This document shows, piece by piece, positions 27,364 to 38,913 of a DNA stretch of 64,000 nucleotides (position 1 is its first letter; every line of letters starts with the position of its first letter). Origin of the DNA: Kondoa subrosea (Eukaryota); contig BCIN01000001.1 of the NCBI GenBank assembly GCA_039545335.1, forward strand, positions 3,537,136 to 3,601,135, given 5' to 3'. Position numbers and translations under genes: made by a program. The notes beneath the pieces were generated by a model. The model ran no database searches, was not told the DNA's origin, and was given only the letters and a program-made list of their open reading frames with translations.

Positions 27364-28173
27364 CTTGAGTGTATACGAAGATGAAAGCACAAAGTTGTGG
27401 GGAGAAAGGAACCTGAGGTTGAAATAGTGATGACATGATCAAGGAGTCGGTAAATATCGGAGTCCCAGAAATGCTGCTGTTACTCTGTACAGCTTCAACG
27501 AGTGGTAGTGCATCAATTGCGTCTGATGCAATGCTTTACCGGGGCAATACTCGACTCAACCCATTGAGGTGCTTTAACTACTCACTGCTGGATCTTTTCA
27601 GTAATATCGCTTCACCGCCTGTTTTACTACCAACGCAGAGCAATAGCTTGCTCACTTCCTTGAAGCGGGGCCGACACAACACCTTCCTTTTGCCTTTTCA
27701 ATTTCACTTTGTCTCGGTTTCTGTGTCTAGGTTTCTGTGCATCAGGGCAGCTCCTGGATTGCGCTGATAGAGCACTAGTACTACAAGAGGAGCCGAGAGT
27801 CTTGGCGAGCAGTAATACAGATGCTCTCGTCACGCAGACGGGAGCTGCTGCTTCGAGCTGAAAAGGAGGGCTTTGCAGTGCATCAGCACGACGGAAGCGA
27901 AAGGAAGAGAGAAGCGGTAAGAGCAGGAAAGAAGAGATTGGCAGGAACCAGAAAATCTTTTACGAACAGTATAACAGTCGGTGCAGATCAAATGTAGAAT
28001 CCTGCGGATGAGGGATGAGGGGAAGAAGAAGTCGCCGCGAGACGATGTTCAAGCCAATCTATTGCTTCAGATCATACATACAGACGGCAAGATCAACAAG
28101 CCTGTCAATTCAACATGTAATGTGAGCAAAGTTCATTCCTCAACAGACATCTGACTGACCTTTTCCTTATTTT

Positions 28174-29300
28174 TCAAGGGAATGAATCCAACACTTCCTT
28201 CCTAGCATCTTCAACTTGATCGACAATCTTCTTGGCCATACCAGGCGCGATTTGGGTTTGACCTTTATCGAAAGCTTGCATAACTTCTGCAGTGAAATCT
28301 TTCAAAGACATGACATTATCTGGTTCTCCATTCTTATCGTATGAGAGATCTTTTTGCTGCAATGTAGATAGGTTAGGGTGTATCACATTGAGAAAGGGAA
28401 TCCAACAAACATTATGGCTATCATCTGTACATACAGAAACGGCGTGAGTTTGAGAAGGTATCGAGCGGTATTGAGTCTAACGCACGTAGTTCAGATTCAG
28501 TAGAAGGAGGTAAGATCTCTAACAATTTCAAGTTTGGGAATGGTTTAGTTAATTGCTTCCGTAAACCAAGAATGAACTGATGAGCGGCTGCTTTTGTCGC
28601 GCAATAATTGACACAGCGAGACATCGGGACAATACCAAGAACAGATCCTGCGTCCAATGAATGAATACGCAGCGGGAAATTGGAGATAGAATCGCTTACC
28701 AGTAAAACCTAAAACGACTTGCTGCTTCTTGCTCTTCTCTTGCAGGAAAGGTAGGAACGCGGTAGTCAGATGGACATATGAAAGATAATTGACTGTGATT
28801 TCATAGTCGAGTGTCTTCAGATCAACGCCTTCGGAACTATGAGCAGTCCCAATTCAGCTAGAAATATGTGGGAGTCGTCAAACAGACGGATTGGTGAAAT
28901 CAGCTCCACGTTGCAGGCCAGAGACAAGCATAACGAAGTCTACGTCGTCCATTAGTTGGAAGTATGTTATACGAGGATCAGCTCACCAAGATCAGGATGC
29001 TCATCAGTGACCTTCTTTGCAAAGGTCGGTATTTCGTCCAGCTTGCTGATATCTACGACACCATACCAAACAGATTAGCCCATACCGATGTCGATCCTCT
29101 TTCCACGCACCATTGACATATACCGAGCATTTATCCTCGCCCAGCTCCTTCTGCACTTCTTTGAGCTTCTCTTCTCGTCTGCCCGTCACTATGACTTTCT
29201 TGGCTCGATCGGACTTGACCAGTTCTGTAGCAAGAGAGCGACCAATACCTGAGCTTCCGCCAACGATCAGGGCCGTGTGCATTTTGATAGCTTCGGACAT
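28174..29300 (-). CDS. Short-chain dehydrogenase/reductase (DltE-like)
   Basis: TALIVGGSSGIG; VIVTGRREEKL; NYCATKAAAHQF (YxxxK); EILPPSTESEL. Confidence 0.92.
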
Positions 29301-29888
29301 GTTGAGACGGTCAAATAAGGATACAGTAGTGAAGTGGTAGAAGCTTAAGAAGAGAAACAACAGTGAGGGACTCGCAGGAGACTAAATAGATAAAAGCGGC
29401 AAAGGCACAATTGCATCAACAAGAAACGCATCGTCATCAAATTGCACTCGGTCGACCGTGAGGAGAGGAAACTGAGCGGATAGGACCAGAAGCTACTACA
29501 GCAAGCAATGCACAAATCGAATCATTGTAAACGCGCTGCACGCACAAATTTCAAGGCTTGACCTATCGCAGCGACAGTGGCATACCACGCTTAGGATACC
29601 TTGTTCTGGCCGCAGATAACCCCTGACACGAGCGTCGTGCGCTGACAGTTGTGGAGCGGAAGCATAGTTGAAGGATTCTATTTCTCGATCGGCTCAATTC
29701 TGGTGCTTTGTGTCAATTTGTACTGCGCTATAGTCTAGCTCAATTTATGCGACCAGACAGCCTATCACAACGCTACATGCTACGCATCTTCCTGCTTCCA
29801 TCAGTGCAAAATCTATTGAAAAGACTCTCGATCGATATTTGAGCTAAAGAAGGAGCAAGTTTGGCTTACTGGTTCAAGGACTGAGCGA

Positions 29889-30745
29889 CTAATCTACAGC
29901 CTTGATGCTAATCAGCCCGTCTCCAAGGACCTGTTCCCAGCTTGTTCTTCTTGTCACCAACAGATCCTCAAAGCCGGAGCCAAACAGATGAAAGGGGCAA
30001 GCAGCAGCATCTTTCTGGTCTGCTACCATCAGGTCTACGTCCAACGAGTCGAAACCTTTGATCTTCAATTGTCGTTCTTGATGTCCGCCGACCAAAGCAG
30101 CTGCTTTTGTGATGCCACGATCTCGCCGGGCCATGATCATGGCAATGTCCAGACCTTTCGCTTGAAAATAACGAAACATGATGAATGTAAAGAAGGGGCC
30201 AACGCTACGGAAATTGTGGACCATCTGAATGGGATGCTTCTTTTCTGCGACCAATTTTGAAACGTAATGGATTGTACGAATTCCTTCGTTCAGCTTCTCC
30301 GAGACCCAATCTTTTCCGCAATGCAATAATGGAGATGACGCCAAGTGGGCATGATTCTGCAGATCGAAGAATTGTATGGAACTCAGAGCAATAATGCCAT
30401 TTTGGTCATAAAGTAAAGCAATTTCATCCATACCTGTCCAACGATCAGCCACATACTCACTCCGGCGACGACGAGGCGTACACAAGAAATCATCACTATT
30501 TCTACCCAAAACATTTCCATCCGCAGCGTAGATGATATCGTACTGCTTCTTCCAAAAGACGTATGCGTTACTGAATAATTCGCTGCCGTTACTACCAGCA
30601 GATGGCTTGGGAAGGATGGCCAGTTTCAAATTGATCTGTCCCGAGAGGCGATGGTAATCTTGAAGCAGAACGGATAGGTTGCGAGACTGCTCGCAAAGTC
30701 AGTCTGAGTCGCGTTGCCCAGAGACTCTCGAACCAGATCCTCCAT
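29889..30745 (-). CDS. Uncharacterised protein, possibly GNAT/acyltransferase-like fold, bacterial-like
   Basis: Long ORF plus two predicted introns (30687-30733 and 30434-30481) giving MEDLSRNL...FSNAYVFWKKQY...NSDDFLCMDEIALLY...FFDLQNHAH...IMARRDRG. The fold call is inference; the start is uncertain. Confidence 0.6.
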
Positions 30746-31181
30746 TGTTGCGCACGGACGAGCCAGGCTTTCAAAAGCGTCTCTTCTGCAAATGAAGACC
30801 GGGAATGAGCATCTGCAGCGCGTTGCAGAGTAAGTCGAACAAACCTACTCCTTTTTATCCAACTGAAAGAAGAGATGCGACTCACCGTTCCTTGCTCAAC
30901 ACCAACACCTAGATCAGAGGCGGTGGCAGCAACTCATGCTTAAGGGTCAGCAAAATGGTCTTTCCTTGCCGGGTCCCATTGAGCTATCGCAGTCGGCTGT
31001 TTGCATCCGGAATGATCGTGATCTGCGATCACAGCTTTTGCACAAATCTCCGGCTCCCCGCTAGACGGGAAGCCAATACTTGAGCGGTTCCTTTCTAGGC
31101 TATCATCAATCTGCAACGCATCGGTACGTCCTATTGTTTGCTTTATACAGAAGAGTGCTCATTCATGCATGATATCAGGCT

Positions 31182-31772
31182 ATGCTCGCCTTCAAGCTTC
31201 AGCAGATTGCGCTTCTTCAAACTGGCATCACGTTCGGCATGTTCTTCGTGGGCAGCTTTCTTGTCTTCGACCTCTCGCATGTCCGACCCTCTCTACGCTC
31301 AACAATCTTTACTCTTTCGTGGCTAACATCTGTCACGTTTGCACTATATGGCCAGTACGCGTCGCCTCGATCGAGCATAATGTGTACATTGGCAACGCTT
31401 TTCGTGTCAGTTTCTTCAGGCACGACATTCTATGCTTCAGTCAAAGCCACACGTCAGAAGCCCCTGACTGCCATTCAGAGTTTCGACTCACCCCATCATC
31501 TGGTCGTTTCTGGACCTTATGCATATGTTCGCCATCCTTTCTACACCGCATACCTCCTCAATTTTTTGGCCACCGCACTGGCATCTACATCAAGCCTTCC
31601 AAAACTCGGTCTTCTTGGCGGATTCTGCATCTATTATTCTGCCGCTAGAAATGAGGAACGCAAGTTTGAACATGGTACATTGGAATTGGAATATGCAAAG
31701 TATGCTACAAACGTTGGAATGTTTTTTCCAAGGGTATTGCGTCGGCGCTGTACGCTCAACATCCCGCCATGA
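31182..31772 (+). CDS. Isoprenylcysteine carboxyl methyltransferase (ICMT/PEMT)-family membrane protein, intronless
   Basis: Several TM helices; DSPHHLVVSGPYAYVRHPFYTAY; AARNEERKF; EYAKYATNVGMFFP. Confidence 0.88.
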   Translation: MLAFKLQQIALLQTGITFGMFFVGSFLVFDLSHVRPSLRSTIFTLSWLTSVTFALYGQYASPRSSIMCTLATLFVSVSSGTTFYASVKATRQKPLTAIQSFDSPHHLVVSGPYAYVRHPFYTAYLLNFLATALASTSSLPKLGLLGGFCIYYSAARNEERKFEHGTLELEYAKYATNVGMFFPRVLRRRCTLNIPP

Positions 31773-32142
31773 CTTCAAGCGGCTGATGTGTGTCAAACTT
31801 TTTAGCGAATCAAGTCTAATCTTCCAGCATGGCATCGCAATTTGGCAATTTTATCTCTATAACTACTATCATCGTGCAAGTCATCCGAGGGGCAATGGCA
31901 CATCATAGGTCTTAGCAGAGAAATGACCGATCCCTCACTCTGTATCGAAGAAAATTGGGACAAGAAAGACAAGAGTTAGATGCTTTATTGGGATCAAGTA
32001 TTTGCGACTCAGAATGGACACTGTGATTGCATTTTGGTCAAGGCAAGCTGATCAAGATTAGTTGCGATGGTGAATCGATTACCGATGATGCGGACTGCAG
32101 CTGGAGATTGGCTTTAGGCATTGATCATGAAGGAAATCTGTT

Positions 32143-32180
32143 GAACGATAAAGAGATTTCGGAACGATAAAGAGATTTCG
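32143..32180 (+). repeat. 19-bp tandem duplication (GAACGATAAAGAGATTTCG x2)
   Basis: Directly visible in the sequence. Confidence 0.9.
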
Positions 32181-32495
32181 AAGCAAAAGGTGTTGCAAGA
32201 AGCGAATGCAATTGCAAAGGAAGGTGGTTTTGACAGCGAGAGTGATGTTATCAGCGGAAATGTAGGAGGACGAGGCAGACGCGCAGATTCACCGCGTTCT
32301 CTTTGTGTTGATCGGTTGGTGATTTCACGATTTTAGAATTGAAGTTTGATGGAAGACATCGACTCGTACCTTTCAAGCTTGCTTCCTCTTTCCTTTCGAC
32401 AGCTATCGCCTGATTATTTGCATCTCGCGCGGCTGTCCTTTGCCTAAGGCTTCAGAGATACCCAGCACTATTCTTATATACCAGAGTCTGAAAAG

Positions 32496-33877
32496 ATGCC
32501 CACAGCAGCAGAGCTTGAAGCTGGAATCATAAGCATGACTGGCACTCAAGTGCTTCACCCATTTTCTGCTGCGAAGTCACCTTTCTCATCCCTATACTAT
32601 TCAGTTCTTCGCTGCTGTTCGATATCACCGCGATCCATCTTTTGGCCCAACCTATTTGACTTCTCTTGATGAGCTTTTGGTTGCTTTTCATCCTCGAGCT
32701 GTACCAAGTGCTACTCTCAATGGCGACGTACGCAGTATTCCCTACCTATTCATGAGTTTACTTTAAAGCCATATCAAAGGTTGTCGAGATACAAGGTGCA
32801 GCATGTACGGGCAAGACTCAGCTGTGCAACTTCCTTACTATCACTTGTGCATTGGCGAACGAATGGACAGTTGAGCTGCTCAGTCCACATCGACCACCTC
32901 GATGCGATACAATCGAGCTAGGAGGGAAGGATAGAGCGGTCGTCATCTACGACACAGACGGCCGTTTTGATGTGGAAAGAATAGCGCATATGGTTGGCAG
33001 TCACCTTCGAAGAAGAGTCAAAGAGTATTGTCAAACTGTTCCCTATTTCTACGGTGGCAGTGTGAGCGAGGAAGAGGTGGAGAAGGAGATCCATGCTACT
33101 TTGAGCAAGATTCATGTCTTTCGACCCACGAGTCTGCTTTCGCTGGCCGCTTCTATCAAGGGCTTACATCAATACTGGATCACCAATATTCGCAAACATG
33201 AAGTTGCTTTGGTCATTATAGATAGCATTTCAGCCTTCTACTGGCAGAACAAGGTGGGTTCTCGAAAAACGCACGAATCCAAAAGCTAATCCTGGTGGAT
33301 CAGTATGAACTCGAGCAAGCTCAACTTCACACTCCGCCTTCAAATCCGGACGAAGCGACACAAACCGAACGTGCTCCCCTTCCCTCTCATCCGATCAAAT
33401 ACGTAATGCATGCTCTATCCGAATTTCGACACTCTCATAACGTAGTCATTGTTATGACTAATGCTGCTTTCACCTCTCTATCGTCTACTTCCCCCTTCTA
33501 TCGGCAACCAATGCCACCACCTTATCCGAATCCATTCAGGGAAGATGCCCCTCCTGTAGCACCTTTTGATGAATGGGATCCACTCAAACCTTCAGTCAAA
33601 GGTCATTTAGATCTAACGGTTCACATCACTTTGCATGCTGTCAAAATACCTCAATTCCCCATTGAAGCGAACTTCCAGCAAGTAACAGAAAGCGTGGATG
33701 CTAAAATGCGAGAGAAGATGGTCAAAAAATCAAAGGCTATCAAAGGGTATTTGAGATTGGTTGGTGCTGTGAGCTTTCACAAGGCAAATTCCCGTTTATG
33801 TTTGACTGATCAATGATTGTTAGACCGGCTTTAATACTTTCGATTTTGCCATTACACCAAATGGCGTAGAGTCCTGA
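32496..33877 (+). CDS. XRCC2: Rad51 paralogue, XRCC2-like
   Basis: Walker A EIQGAACTGKTQL; VIYDTDGRFD; Walker B LVIIDSISAFYW (XRCC2-type); C-terminal FDFAITPNGV. Confidence 0.8.
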
Positions 33878-34021
33878 TTATCTCATAGGAGAGAAACGAA
33901 GCACAGATTATCGACGAAAGAAGGTGCTGTTAGAAGAAGAACATCGTCAATGTGAATTGTGCATGCAAAAGGTCTCATATATTCTGTCAGCTTCTATGCT
34001 TAGCCTATATCGTCTTCTCTT

Positions 34022-34830
34022 CTAATTGTTCTCGTCTAATCTTTCGTCCTTCCTAGGTCTGAGCATGCCATCGATGCCATCGGGCATAATGTGTTCCCAG
34101 CCTTTGGCCGGGAATTGTTTTGCGACAAAATAGCCACGACTTTTGTACAACTGTTGCAATGCGTTCAGCTCGATGTAGTAAATGCCACCGATGCAAATCA
34201 CCTTCATGCCTTCGGGGGATGATTCGAGCCATGATATACCATTATCTCTATCCACATGCTTCAGACCTTCGTCAAGCAATCTGGAACCGATGCGCTGTCC
34301 CTGATGCTCCGGTGCAATTGCCAGAATTTGCAAATACCAATACCCCTCTTTATCTCCTCTTTCTCGCATGACAGCATTCTTGCCGTCTATACAAGCTTTT
34401 GCGAGGTTGTTTAGGTTCTCTACACTGTGGCCAACATAGGTTGATCTTTCTTCTTCGTCCATCTTTGAGAGATCGATAAGTTCGCTCTTATACGAAGGTG
34501 TTCCCCACAATGCAAAGCCAACCACTTCTCCTTCAGGTGTAACTGCTTTCCAGCCCATCAGGTTTGGTCCATCTTTACCCATAAGTTTCTTCTTCAATCT
34601 CAGACCGAAACGCTGTGCTCGTACTGGCATTGGATCGCGAGGTGGTGGCTATAGCGATTGAGAAGTTACAACTATGAGTCCGCGGGTGCATTTGCATGAG
34701 GTTCTTGACATACTTCCATCATATCTAAGAATTCGGTCGATGGATCACAAGACTCGCATTGTACAGTCATGATCTTGCTCAGATCTTCATCGACCGTGAT
34801 CCGTGAGATGGTGATGTTTGCTTCGGGCAT
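34022..34830 (-). CDS. GNAT family N-acetyltransferase
   Basis: VVGFALW; WYLQILAIAPEHQGQRIGSRLL (motif A); WLESSPEG..LYKSRGY. Confidence 0.9.
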
Positions 34831-35224
34831 AATCTGATGAAATTGCGGTTGAGATCTTATGTAATACACTCGGCGGTAATGAAGAGTCCACAGTAGCTGC
34901 CAATTGATAGTCGGAGTAATTAGGCAGTACAGTACTGCTACAAGAAAAGCTTAAGGCCGTCAGTTCTCTACAGGCTGATCCGTTCCGACAAAGGCGATAT
35001 CGCATGCCGGTGACCGCGATGATGGCATGACGCCTGTCCATTATAGAGTAGTAGCCTTCATGCTATTGTGACATCAGTGGTCTATAGTCATCCTCGCACC
35101 CCTTCAATCTGATTTTACATTGCTTTCACCTCGATACACAATTCTCTGTTTGACCTTTGAGCGCTTGACCTTTCGCCCCTTGATTCGATACATACTCCCT
35201 TCCGTGGCCCTGTGTAGACCCCCT

Positions 35225-38200
35225 TCATTGTTTCAACAAGCTTACATCAACCACAACAACCGAAGGATCTCCTCCTGTAACGGCTATTCGAGGCAGAGTT
35301 GGATGCCAAAATGTTTCATACACTCCTCCAGCGTGGACATACTCATAGACCAGTTCGCCAGTCTGTCCAAGAACAACCTGGCTCAGCCTTAATCTGGCTA
35401 GACGGGAAGTTCACTGACCGATATTCGATAGATACAAACTCGAGAATCATCTGATCCAGTGACTAGATATTCACCATCCAGCGGAGAGAAACAGACGGAG
35501 TAGACTACTGCGGTATTTCGAGCCAGAGTGTGCAGACATGTTCCTTTTTCGGCATCCCAAATTCGTGCAGAAGCGTCAAAAGAGGAGCTGTCAGTTACAT
35601 GGAAATCAGCTCTGAGGAGTAAAATTTGACAGCTGCACTAACGAGGCTAAGATCTTCCGCTTGGCATTCGGATGTTGTTGCCAGGTAATAGCATGTACTG
35701 AGTCTGTATGACCATTCAAGACGTAGACACCGCCTTGCTTATCGATTTCAGATTTCTCTTCACCCTCTTCAGGAGTTGTTAAGATGTTGGTCACGCTCCA
35801 GATTCGAATGGTAGTGTCATCGCCTGTTGATGCAAGAAGAGTTTTGCTTGGATCAAAGCGACATGCATTGACTTCGTCTGTGTGACCTTTGAAGCGATGG
35901 ATAGGAGCGAGACGATTCAAAGCCAGAACTATTTGCGAAAATCAGGCATAAGACAAACTTTCTCTGCTTAGTAGTTCACGAACCGTGAATCTGCTTGTCC
36001 ATACTACAGCTAGCGAACGTCGAATCATCGAACCAGTCGCAATCCAGAATAGAATCTGTCAGTACACAAAAGATCATTTCCTCAGTCTTACTAAAGACAG
36101 GGTCTCGGTACCGACTGACCCTGATGACTGGCCCACTGCTGCTTGACTTTGCCCGAATTGAGTTCCCAAAGACAGCAGGTGTTGTCCAGACTGCCAGTAA
36201 GGAGCATTGTGCCTTTAGCATTCCATCGAACACAGTAGATTCCGCGCTGTTCGTCAACAACTCGTTGTCAGCGACACATGCAGCCTGATGCCTTTCGTAC
36301 AAACCTGATGCATCGATAGGACAAGGTAAAGATCACCAGCCAACCTGAAAGCAGAATGCAAGCTAAGCTCATTGCAATAGCAAGAGACTTTGTGGGATGG
36401 CTTACGTCCATATCCTTGCAATACCGTCGTCGGAACCAGTAGCAAGCAAAGTCCCGTCCGGCTATTCAAAAACATCAGTGTCTACTTGAAAAGCTTCTCG
36501 CCGCAGCCTCTGCTCACATTCCAAGCAATGACAGACACATCTGATTTCTTACTGCCTGAAGCATGTTTGCAAATCACGCTTTCCGTCACTTCCGAACCAA
36601 CAGTCGGCGGTACATCCCATATTCGAGCTGTTGAATCCGTTGACCCGCTTGCTAACATATGCGAAACTTTCGGGTTCCAAGCAATAGGTTGAGTCTGTTC
36701 TCAAATCAACAAGCATCAAAATCACCAATCATACGAATAGAGAATAATATGTTACGAACAGCAGAAGAGTGTCCTTTGAGGAAAATCAATTTGTCTGGCT
36801 TCGCTTCACCCAAAATCGGATCTTTCCCTCTAGGTTTCTTAGGTTGTTTCTCATCTTCTTCTTCTCCTTCTTCTTTCACATGGTTGTTGTTTTGATTTCT
36901 CGTTTGTTGCAAGATAGGTTTCGCGGAAACAGTTCTCACTCTAGCTGTTGTCGAAGTAGATTTGTTCTTGTGCGATGATCGAGTGACTTCAGGTGAGGAA
37001 CCTCTTTTCCCACTATTACTTTGAGATGGATTTCGACTGTTGTGGTTATTACTGTTGATTCCTGATCGAGAAACTGCTGGAGAAGTAGAGCGACGATGCC
37101 CGTTCGATTGCGGTGGTGGAGGTGCTGGAGCTTGAGGTTTCGGTGTTGAGACAGTCCGTACAGTCACAAGTGAAGGTCTAGCTAACGCTGGCGAAGAAAG
37201 TGGTAAATTTGCAGAATGGGAAGAAGGAGGTTGGGATGTATTTGAGTTGAATACTGAAGAAGGTACAGGAGGAGCTGGCATGGAGATAGATTGAGGATGC
37301 TTGAAAGTAGGCATTCGAGCCGGAGTAGCAGAAACTGGCGGATCATCTACTTTTGGCCGTTTTTGTTCTCGCTCGTCTACATCCATTGCGTTCGAGTGCG
37401 ATCCAGAAGACCTTCTCGATGTAGATGGTTCCGCAGACAGGGACTTTCTACGCCTTTGCTTCGGTGAATTCGTAGCACTAGTCGAAGCGGTATCAACTTC
37501 CATATCTTGAGGTCCTGAAGCTGGTCTCTGCACTGACGCAGGCGGAGCCAAGGTAGACTCTTGCTTAGATGTAGAAGCCGTAGGCACTTCTGTTTCACGC
37601 TCTTTCCGTTTCGACGAAGATGTTTGCTGCTGCGGCGGTTGCTCCTGCGCGAACGGCAGAGGGGAAGGTAATCCAGTACTCCTGGACTGTTCAGGCGACA
37701 GAGAAGCCCTTCTAGACGTAGGTTCAGAACGACCATTTATTTGGACTTTAGATGTAGACGGTACAGGGGGGATTGATTCTTCTTCTGGTATCGGAGGTTG
37801 AGTAGCTGCGTTCATTGATTGAGCTAGAGATTTGTTAGTGGCAGAGTCTTTAGGTTTGGTAAAAGTTGAAGCTGGAGGATTTGACTGAGACCGTTGTTTC
37901 CTGGCTCCTACAGGTGCTTGCTGAGGTGGAAGAGTAGTTGAAACTTTAGGTGTAGGCGGAACAGGTGGGTCTTGCTTGAGGTTAGGCAATGGAATTCGGT
38001 CTTCAATTGTGTAGCCCAACAAGCGAGGAGGATTGGCCTTGGTGTCTTCCTATTCACAGCGAGTTGCATTAGAGAGAGAATCAATGTCTATCCTACGAAT
38101 GCTCACTCCTCTCCATCTGGCCTCAGCTTCGAGATACAGCAGACCCTTGTGTAGAATCCGAATCAAATGGTTTTGGGGCAACGGCACATCCAAAATCCTC

Positions 38201-38457
38201 GTATCTGGCTTGTCTGCTACTACTGCTGATGCTAGACGGGATTCATTGAGCAGAGTAAACGCAGAATGGCTAAGACCTAGGCGAGATATCACACGCAAGG
38301 TCAAATTCAATCAATTGGTCCACAAATCAAAGGATGACAGACCTGTCTCCTGCATGTACGCCCAGACCAGCATGTTCACCTCATTGCTTGTGACAGCTGC
38401 TAATACACTTGATGCAGGTGCTTCCTCGGCATTCTGTTCCTCGCCATTCTTGCTCAT
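35225..38457 (-). CDS. SIF2: LisH + WD40 protein, TBL1/Sif2/HOS15 type (HDAC corepressor subunit)
   Basis: VTSNEVNMLVWAYMQETG|LSHSAFTLLNES (LisH); LIRILHKGLLYLEAE; WD repeats GHSSA, ASGSTDSTARIW, GHTDEVNACRFDPS. Confidence 0.88.
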
Positions 38458-38608
38458 GTCAACTTCTGGTGTCTGTTTGCTGCTGTTGCGTCCATCCGAG
38501 TTCATACACAGCGGGATATACGAGTCGACGTCTCTCAAGTTTAAAGCGAGCTCTGGGACTCAGAGGAACTTATTAAGTTGAATTCAAGTTGGATTCAAAT
38601 AAGAACCT

Positions 38609-38640
38609 GAAAGAGAGGGAGAGAGAGAGAGGGAGGGAGA
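38609..38640 (+). repeat. Imperfect (GA)n purine microsatellite
   Basis: gaaagagagggagagagagagagggagggaga upstream of the TBL1-like gene; pyrimidine tract on the coding strand. Confidence 0.7.
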
Positions 38641-38913
38641 CAGTGAGCCTCTTAGAGGAAAAGAGAGATAAGTACAATATGTGCAAGAACTAACTTAAAG
38701 AAAGTAAAAATGTGAGATACTCCAATGGTCTCAAGTTTTGTTCTATATATGCAAAAGAATGTATTTGATTATCATAGTATACAGCCCAAGATGTTCTAAT
38801 ATCGCTGTCCCAGTCCTCCTTCTTCTTTTTCATATATACATAAGAGACACCGGAACCCAAAATTCGAACGCGAGACCATTGAAAGCGAACGAGTTCACAT
38901 TATCCAGATCGCC

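Noticed and set aside
27427..27526. Possible C/D snoRNA (GTGATGA ... CTGA about 100 nt apart)
   Set aside because: No recognisable rRNA-complementary guide or terminal stem; such short boxes occur by chance.
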